Source: a virus (lineage: Duplodnaviria; Caudoviricetes). Taken from it: a stretch of DNA of 31,669 bases. Below, piece by piece: positions 25,901 to 31,669 of the stretch. The translations under genes and the position numbers were made by a program. Under the pieces are notes generated by a model. The model searched no databases, was not told the origin of the DNA, and saw nothing but the letters and a program-made list of their open reading frames with translations. Each line of letters begins with the position of its first letter. Positions within the stretch are counted from its first letter, which is position 1. The stretch covers positions 1 to 31,669 of the IMG/VR virus record IMGVR_UViG_3300022670_000078. One strand, given 5' to 3'.

Positions 25901-26335
25901 CTATACTAAGCTGTCTAAGGCAGCTACAAATTGGTCATTCTGGGCAATCCCACCTGCTATACTAGAGACTGTTCGTGCATTGATAGCTCTGCCTTGGGAG
26001 GCGCTTATACTGTTAGAGAAGTCCGCGAGAAACCCTTGGCTCGTAGCCTGTAGGTTAGACTGTGCAATGCTGCTAGCTGTGTCACTTATGACACCAGCTC
26101 CTGCACCTGCTACTGCACTACTTCCTGCTACGCCTAGCTGAAAGCCTATAGCTTGCTGCTCTGCTACCTGTACACGCTGAGTGGCTATAGCTCTCTTAAC
26201 GTCACGCTGGCGCGTTATAGCTGACACCTTGTTAGCCAATAGAGTCTGTCGCTTCTGAGCCTTTCTACCCTTACGTGTTTCTACAGCACCTACTACGGCA
26301 CCTATTGCTGCTACTACGGCTAATGCTGTTGCCAT
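25901..26335 (-). CDS. small internal virion protein (T7 gp14-like position)
   Basis: Hydrophobic Ala/Gly/Val N-terminus, Gln/Arg coil, GVAGSS motif. Confidence 0.7.
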   Translation of the reverse strand: MATALAVVAAIGAVVGAVETRKGRKAQKRQTLLANKVSAITRQRDVKRAIATQRVQVAEQQAIGFQLGVAGSSAVAGAGAGVISDTASSIAQSNLQATSQGFLADFSNSISASQGRAINARTVSSIAGGIAQNDQFVAALDSLV

Positions 26336-26814
26336 TATAATTCCTTAGTGACGGAGTACTCTGTGTGCAGGTAATCTTCCCTACATAGAGCGCCACGTAC
26401 GTTATCGAAGTGCGGCATATTAGGATTAAGCCCCACAGTTAAAAATCTAATGCCATTGCTACGCACATCGTCTTCGACATAAGTAAGTAAGGCTTTGAAT
26501 GCACCTGTGCTTCTGTACGCGGGTGCTATGTAAAATGAGTCTGTTACTGCTTGAGTAACACCTCTGTGGTGTATCATCTCTGATGCTAGTATTAGCATGT
26601 AGCCTGCGTAGTCACCGTCTACGGTTACCTTATAGCATCTACAATGTCCTACCATCTCTGAGTAAGTATATGCCTCGTGTACGAGGTCTAGCTCTAGCTG
26701 ATACTTCCCGAACGGAACCTCTTCAAGGTGTTTCGCGGGGTGGTTATTCATTAAAGTTATAAGTTCATTAAAGCTTAGACTATTAACTTTTATAGACTTG
26801 ATAGTTCTTGACAT
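26335..26814 (-). CDS. GNAT-family acetyltransferase (T7 gp13-like position)
   Basis: YAGY...TDSFYIAPAYRSTGAFKALLTYVE acetyl-CoA-binding motif A. Confidence 0.8.
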   Translation of the reverse strand: MSRTIKSIKVNSLSFNELITLMNNHPAKHLEEVPFGKYQLELDLVHEAYTYSEMVGHCRCYKVTVDGDYAGYMLILASEMIHHRGVTQAVTDSFYIAPAYRSTGAFKALLTYVEDDVRSNGIRFLTVGLNPNMPHFDNVRGALCREDYLHTEYSVTKEL

Positions 26815-26882
26815 AAATTAGTACCATTTGTAAAATAGAGCCATGGAAGGCGATAAAGAGAATACAAGGATGTATATTAATT

Positions 26883-26940
26883 GCGGCCTGTTGAGCCGCT
26901 ATACTAATAGGGAGTAGCGTTGTCATAGCTACTCCTATAT
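26883..26940. promoter_or_regulatory. two intergenic stem-loops
   Basis: GCGGC-ctgttga-GCCGC (26883-26899) and GGAGTAGC-gttgtcata-GCTACTCC (26911-26935). Confidence 0.5.
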
Positions 26941-26943
26941 ATA

Positions 26944-27216
26944 CTACTTACGTCCTCTACCAGAGGCTTTGGTACCATCTGCTTTAATCTCTTTATGCTT
27001 AAGCTTAGCTAAGTAAGAGTCAGTCGCGTGTTGCGCTGCTTGTACCGAACTAAAGCCACCTTGTAACTGTACGGGTAGCTGTCCTCCACTCGTAAACGCA
27101 ATCATGCGTACTGAGCATTCAGGTCTGCGTATCAACACAATATCCTTTCCGCCCTCAGTTGTACCAAGTAAAACTCTAACCATATTTTTATCTACCGCTT
27201 CTACTTCTACGCCCAT
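26944..27216 (-). CDS. conserved hypothetical tail-region protein
   Basis: IAFTSGGQLPVQLQGGFSS..AA motif; overlaps the adaptor gene end. Confidence 0.75.
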   Translation of the reverse strand: MGVEVEAVDKNMVRVLLGTTEGGKDIVLIRRPECSVRMIAFTSGGQLPVQLQGGFSSVQAAQHATDSYLAKLKHKEIKADGTKASGRGRK

Positions 27217-27955
27217 AATTTGCTTCCTTTATATCTTTATTGGTAATGTGCTCATGCTCTCGCATAGCTATGTGTTGTCTTCGTGCCACTCGTTCTGCCT
27301 TAGGGTCAACTGTTTGACGTAGGCGTATGGCGCACGTGCTTAGTGCTTCGTTATAGATTAAAGTCTCCATTCGTTCAGGCACCTTCAGCGTTGCTGTCGG
27401 GTCTGTATAATCTATAACTGGAACGATATCAGCTATTATAACACTATCTACAACTAAACTCCCTGTACCTACAGTCGCATCATATGCGTCGAACGTAATG
27501 TTCTCTTCATCAAAGGATGTCCACCTTGTAGGGGGAGCATCTGTAATCACATTAATGAGTACACCATCAGCATTGGCAATGGCTGTTATGTTATCGTCCG
27601 AGGAGTTACGTCCCTGTACAAGCTCTAAAAATTCACAGGGTTGTAGGTAAAGAATCTCTGTAAACTCTGTAACAGTATTGTCCGTGTTACGGTACTTAAG
27701 ACAGTTCACACGGGTTACGTCCGAAGGTATAACCAGAGTGTTAAGCTGAGTACTACCTCCTGCACGAGCATCTAGCTGGCGTACTCTATCAGCTATAAAC
27801 TCCCACCGCTTACGGCTGATAACTTCCGTTACTGTCTGTTCTAATATTGTAGCAATCTCGGAGGCTTCTATAGTTTCGTTGAGAGAATCAATCTCATCGG
27901 AGCCTATACCTTCTCCCAGTTGCTGTATCAATTGTAGTATGGTTCTCTTGGCCAT
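27188..27955 (-). CDS. tail tubular protein A / adaptor (T7 gp11-like)
   Basis: TILQLIQ...SDEIDSLNETIEASEIATI, PTRWTSFDEENITFDAYD, C-terminal YGRR. Confidence 0.75.
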   Translation of the reverse strand: MAKRTILQLIQQLGEGIGSDEIDSLNETIEASEIATILEQTVTEVISRKRWEFIADRVRQLDARAGGSTQLNTLVIPSDVTRVNCLKYRNTDNTVTEFTEILYLQPCEFLELVQGRNSSDDNITAIANADGVLINVITDAPPTRWTSFDEENITFDAYDATVGTGSLVVDSVIIADIVPVIDYTDPTATLKVPERMETLIYNEALSTCAIRLRQTVDPKAERVARRQHIAMREHEHITNKDIKEANYGRRSRSGR

Positions 27956-27957
27956 GG

Positions 27958-28053
27958 TTATTTACCTTTACGTTTAGTAGGTTTCTTAACAGGCGCTTTC
28001 TTACCTTGCTTTCTTTTAAGTATCTTCTTCTTTTTGGGTGTATGTATTGGCAT
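27958..28053 (-). CDS. 31-aa Lys-rich basic peptide
   Basis: MPIHTPKKKKILKRKQGKKAPVKKPTKRKGK*; GAGGG SD; exactly fills the gap between genes. Confidence 0.7.
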   Translation of the reverse strand: MPIHTPKKKKILKRKQGKKAPVKKPTKRKGK

Positions 28054-28057
28054 AATG

Positions 28058-28342
28058 TTATCCCTCTGATTCAGCAGTGAATGGTGTTACTCTGCCTATT
28101 AGTTCAAAATCTTTTCCTGCCTCTGACTCGTAGCGGTACGACACTACTCTACCTGTGCCACGTACCCTGAGACGGGTATCTACTACACTGTACGGGTAGG
28201 CTAGTTCCGTTACTGTCTTATTAAAGCGAAGAGTACTGTACTTCCACGCCTGCTGCGGGGTACTCCATTTGCCTGAGGCATCGTCTATTGCGAAGTCAAA
28301 CTTAGCAGTTAACAGGCAACTATAAATGCTGGACGTTATCAT
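28058..28342 (-). CDS. C-terminal part of tail tubular protein B (nozzle), encoded as a separate ORF
   Basis: SCLLTAKFDF...VVDTRLRVRGTGRVVSYRYESEAGKDFELIG resembles a nozzle C-terminus; own AAGGA SD. Confidence 0.75.
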   Translation of the reverse strand: MITSSIYSCLLTAKFDFAIDDASGKWSTPQQAWKYSTLRFNKTVTELAYPYSVVDTRLRVRGTGRVVSYRYESEAGKDFELIGRVTPFTAESEG

Positions 28343-28351
28343 TGTAAATCC

Positions 28352-30352
28352 TTACAGAGGTGGTAGTTCATAATATCCTCCGGGTAGTAGGTTCTTGCTA
28401 TCCTTACTAAAGTAACTGTGTATATACGTAGGTCTGCCTCTTGTATGCGGTGCCCCTAAGTTGAACTCAGCAAACTCTACAAAGGAACTCATAGCCAAGC
28501 CTACACTCGCGGGGTCAAAGTCTCGCCAGTCAGTAAACGACCTATCATGTAGTGTGGAGAATGTAAGCTTGTACTCTCCACTGTCAAACACTAAGGTAGC
28601 TATCTTAATTTCACTAACTTGTCCTGCGTCAGCTATTATATCCTGTGTTAGTGTACTCGCATCAGTTAGGGTTACAGGAGTAAGGTCTGATTCTGTTACA
28701 ATCTCATTGGTAACCTCTCCGGCTGCAATAGGATTAACTGTGGTAAGCCCTATTACTTCAGGGAAATCATTTGCGGAATCTTCTCCTATACTAAACTTGT
28801 AAAATCCCTTAACATCTAAATCTAATACTAGCACTCTATTGGCGTTACGCAGTACCTGTGTATCGTCCTTAGCCGTATCCCTATATGCCCAATAAATCTT
28901 GCGCTGTTCAGGAACATAAACAGTGGTAGCAACCTCCCTCGCAGATGCTGATATGTTTACGTAGAACTGCTGTATGCTATTCTGAGTAATGTTGGAAGCA
29001 ATAGCGCCCCCTGTCTCACTCAGGGCTATCTGCATAATCCCTTCTATACCGAAGTAGTATAACTGTCCTTCTGCATGTACTACACTGGACGCACTAAGTG
29101 CTCCTGAGGAATGCACCTTGTCCACACGTAAGTTAGTGGCGGTCATAGCACTAGAAACATCAGCACCAGTTAGGTACCACACTCCGTTGGATGCTAGCAT
29201 TACTACACCGTTACCAAACTCTTGTAAGCTGTATACTTGTCCTACTCCGGGAGTGGGCAGGAAGCCCCCATCCGTAGCTATTAAGTCATTAATCTCTGCT
29301 GCTGTAGGGTCTGCCTCTTGGAAGCATTTGGCAGCTCTGTCGTCGTTTAAGAGTTGCTGGCTGTAGAATATACCATTGCCTCTACCTTGTACTTCTGGCG
29401 ATGAGTAGAACACTCTGCCTTGGTGAAAGGTTACAGCCTGTGGTCGCAAGGCAGTGACTACGTCAGCAGGTGCTGTGGCACAGTCAGATACAACACTGTA
29501 CTCCTTATTAAATGCATCTAATATGTAGTGGCCTTTAGGCGCAGGAGTATTACCTAAGTATGCATCTCTAACAAATACAGGGTCAAACACTAAGTCTCCT
29601 GCAGAATCTGTAACGATACCTACTGTCATTATATCCGCATTACTAGGCCAGAAACCATCTACTAATGCTGCAGGCAATGAGTTACAAATGCCAGTATTTG
29701 CAGGAGCACCCCTTGCTAAGTTTAGATTTTTATCCGTCCATCCCTGATTAGTTAGATTATAGTAATGTTCTTTCGTAAGACTGGCAGGTCTTTCGTCTAT
29801 GGCAAGACCATCATCCACTCCCTCAAAGTCGCGTTGCTGTAGTATAAGTTCAGTGGAAGTAAATGTGGTGCCATCGTAGGTTATCTTAACAGGTTCCATA
29901 AAAGCACTGACCACAAATAACGCACCCAGTCCTGAGGCAGTTTCCATAGGAAATCTTCCTAGCTGTGCTCTATCTACAGCGTGGTCTGCCAGTGTTATCT
30001 CTCCTAAAAACTGAGAGGACACGGGACTTAGCTGTGAGTAGAACTGTAGAACTAGTCCGATTTGCTGCACTATAATGTTCAGAGTGCCTGAGTTATTTAC
30101 AAACTCCCACAAGTGAGTACTGAATGCAAGGGTCTGTATGTTACCCTTGAGCAGTATACCCTCTGCAGGAGCTGTTAGCACCACGGGCTGCTCTACATCT
30201 ATACCCGGTCTGCGGCGAATGCTACCATCTGTGTCAATGATACAATTGTCTATGTCAATGGCAGCTTCCTGAGGAAATCCTAAAGGAGTGAACTCAGTAA
30301 CAAAGCCACGTGTGACTTGGATTTTTCCATCTATTGCCTTTTGTCTAGCCAT
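28352..30352 (-). CDS. tail tubular protein B / nozzle (T7 gp12, P22 gp10-like), N-terminal part
   Basis: GFVTE..PLGFP...GSIRRRPG, RDFEG, YNLTNQGW, FHQGRVFY, CFQEADPT...LIATDGG, NGVW. Confidence 0.8.
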   Translation of the reverse strand: MARQKAIDGKIQVTRGFVTEFTPLGFPQEAAIDIDNCIIDTDGSIRRRPGIDVEQPVVLTAPAEGILLKGNIQTLAFSTHLWEFVNNSGTLNIIVQQIGLVLQFYSQLSPVSSQFLGEITLADHAVDRAQLGRFPMETASGLGALFVVSAFMEPVKITYDGTTFTSTELILQQRDFEGVDDGLAIDERPASLTKEHYYNLTNQGWTDKNLNLARGAPANTGICNSLPAALVDGFWPSNADIMTVGIVTDSAGDLVFDPVFVRDAYLGNTPAPKGHYILDAFNKEYSVVSDCATAPADVVTALRPQAVTFHQGRVFYSSPEVQGRGNGIFYSQQLLNDDRAAKCFQEADPTAAEINDLIATDGGFLPTPGVGQVYSLQEFGNGVVMLASNGVWYLTGADVSSAMTATNLRVDKVHSSGALSASSVVHAEGQLYYFGIEGIMQIALSETGGAIASNITQNSIQQFYVNISASAREVATTVYVPEQRKIYWAYRDTAKDDTQVLRNANRVLVLDLDVKGFYKFSIGEDSANDFPEVIGLTTVNPIAAGEVTNEIVTESDLTPVTLTDASTLTQDIIADAGQVSEIKIATLVFDSGEYKLTFSTLHDRSFTDWRDFDPASVGLAMSSFVEFAEFNLGAPHTRGRPTYIHSYFSKDSKNLLPGGYYELPPL

Positions 30353-31620
30353 TATCGTACCCTTAGCGTTGCATCTGAAACCAGTAAGTTTACACTATCA
30401 GTTTCATTCTCCACAAATACTTCTATAAAATCTGTGCTAGCCATATCAATCTGCCACGGGATAGTAATTACCTTTGGGTCGCTTGAATCTACATGAGTTG
30501 ATATACCACTCGCAATTACAGCAGTCCCATTCAATGCTACATAACAACGGACAATCTTATTAGTACCTGACACAGGTTCAATGGCTACAGTAATATCTAT
30601 AGGGGTTACTAAGTTACGTTCTCCATTGTACGTTACCCTGCCTGCTGCAGTGTTGCTATAGTGTGATGCTCTTACTGATACCCAAGTACCTTCCACGAGT
30701 GTAGGTACGCCTACAGATACTACAGTGGCTGTAGCGTTAGCTGTTAGGGAAGTTAAAGCGTCAGGCATGGTATCAGGTACATTACCGTTACCTATAAAGT
30801 TCCAACGTATATCATCAATAGTGATTCCCGATAAAGGAGTAGTCACGCCCGCAAAGGAGCCGTTGTTAACATTAGCAATGAAGTTAGTTGTGATGTTAGC
30901 ACTACCTGTAGCACCTTTAAGTCCTATGGAGCCTGCTCCGCCTATGAATAAGGGGTCAGTAATTTCTATTGTCTGCAGTACACTAGTGCCCAAGTCTATA
31001 CCTACGAATGATGTGCCACTGCCTATAAGCGCGACCTGTCTAATCGAGACTACTAGGGTTACGTTGCCTGCTATAGTAATACCATCAGCACAATTTGTAC
31101 ACGAGGAGTTAGTTACTAAAACGGAAACCATTTTATCAAATGTTCCCCACTTGGTACACGCAGTTGCGCGGACACTTCTTATATCTATTATCTTAGTACC
31201 GCCTGTTGCTGTTTCTGACATATCAAATATTTCTGCAGTGGCAGAATTTAGCAGTATATCTTTAATAAGAAAGCTAACATCTACCCCAACGAACATAGGT
31301 GTAGTTCCTGTGTAAGTTAACTCAGGGGCTAGAAAGTTCAGAGATGTTACTAGGTTGTTAATGCCTAGTGTTATAAAGTTAGTGCCTATATTAATTGGTG
31401 CAGCAAATATGTAGTTAGTATTACTAGCCAGAGTAATAGTACCTCCTGAGGGAGTAGGCAAGTCCGCAAGTACATTAACTACTACAGTGTTGTTACCTAC
31501 AGGCAAGGCAAATGTGCCACTACCAGCGCCATCCGCAGTGTATATAGTTCCTTTAGCTGCTGACGCTATACCTTTAGGTTCGTGTAACTCAATGCCTGTT
31601 AGGGCGTTATGAAGAGCCAT
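30352..31620 (-). CDS. virion fibre-like structural protein
   Basis: N-terminal LHEPKG...YTADGAGSG motif, Thr/Gly/Asn-rich beta body, C1q/TNF-like end (DFIEVFVEN); AAGGA SD. Confidence 0.7.
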   Translation of the reverse strand: MALHNALTGIELHEPKGIASAAKGTIYTADGAGSGTFALPVGNNTVVVNVLADLPTPSGGTITLASNTNYIFAAPINIGTNFITLGINNLVTSLNFLAPELTYTGTTPMFVGVDVSFLIKDILLNSATAEIFDMSETATGGTKIIDIRSVRATACTKWGTFDKMVSVLVTNSSCTNCADGITIAGNVTLVVSIRQVALIGSGTSFVGIDLGTSVLQTIEITDPLFIGGAGSIGLKGATGSANITTNFIANVNNGSFAGVTTPLSGITIDDIRWNFIGNGNVPDTMPDALTSLTANATATVVSVGVPTLVEGTWVSVRASHYSNTAAGRVTYNGERNLVTPIDITVAIEPVSGTNKIVRCYVALNGTAVIASGISTHVDSSDPKVITIPWQIDMASTDFIEVFVENETDSVNLLVSDATLRVR

Positions 31621-31634
31621 AAGTTTATCCTTAT

Positions 31635-31663
31635 AAACAAAAAAGGGAACCCTAAGGCTCCCT
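31635..31663 (-). terminator. rho-independent terminator of the upstream late gene (probably capsid, outside the window)
   Basis: Minus strand AGGGAGCC-TTAG-GGTTCCCT followed by TTTTTGTTT. Confidence 0.85.
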
Positions 31664-31669
31664 ATTTAA

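Noticed and set aside
16064-31315. Plus-strand ORFs over the structural arm (for example 21555..22436, 23985..24548, 30725..31315)
   Set aside because: Antisense shadows with no motifs or RBS; composition reflects reverse-complement codon bias
1-31669. tRNA genes, integrase, transposase, phage RNA polymerase, genome-wide stop-codon recoding
   Set aside because: None recognised; all three stop codons end genes normally with about full coding density

Overview
A 31.7 kb piece of a lytic, podovirus-type dsDNA phage genome (about 44% GC by eye) with two convergent arms. The + strand (1-15676) carries small early genes and a replication block: separate Zn-finger/Toprim primase and DnaB-like helicase, a family A DNA polymerase, an SSB, a 5'-3' exonuclease and an HNH-type endonuclease. 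It also has host-like accessory genes: a Bfd-like [2Fe-2S] ferredoxin, PhoH and a frameshifted GroES. The - strand (15721-31620) carries virion genes: a fibre-like protein, a nozzle split into two in-frame ORFs, an adaptor, a GNAT, ejection proteins, a lysozyme and a terminal fibre module. The arms meet at a hairpin terminator near 15.7 kb. This layout, the HTFKPL and HDS polymerase motifs and the lack of an RNA polymerase here resemble SIO1/VpV262-like (Zobellviridae-like) marine phages. That is inference, not a database match. Most notable: (1) the SSB ends DDDIPE* while a perfect bacterial SSB tail, FDDDIPF*, lies just downstream in the +1 frame; (2) a phage-encoded Bfd; (3) the in-frame split nozzle with a possible coupling mini-ORF; (4) the broken GroES; (5) apparent absence of GATC and CCWGG; (6) several unlisted very basic or acidic micro-ORFs. 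No tRNA, rRNA, CRISPR array, integrase or transposase was seen.
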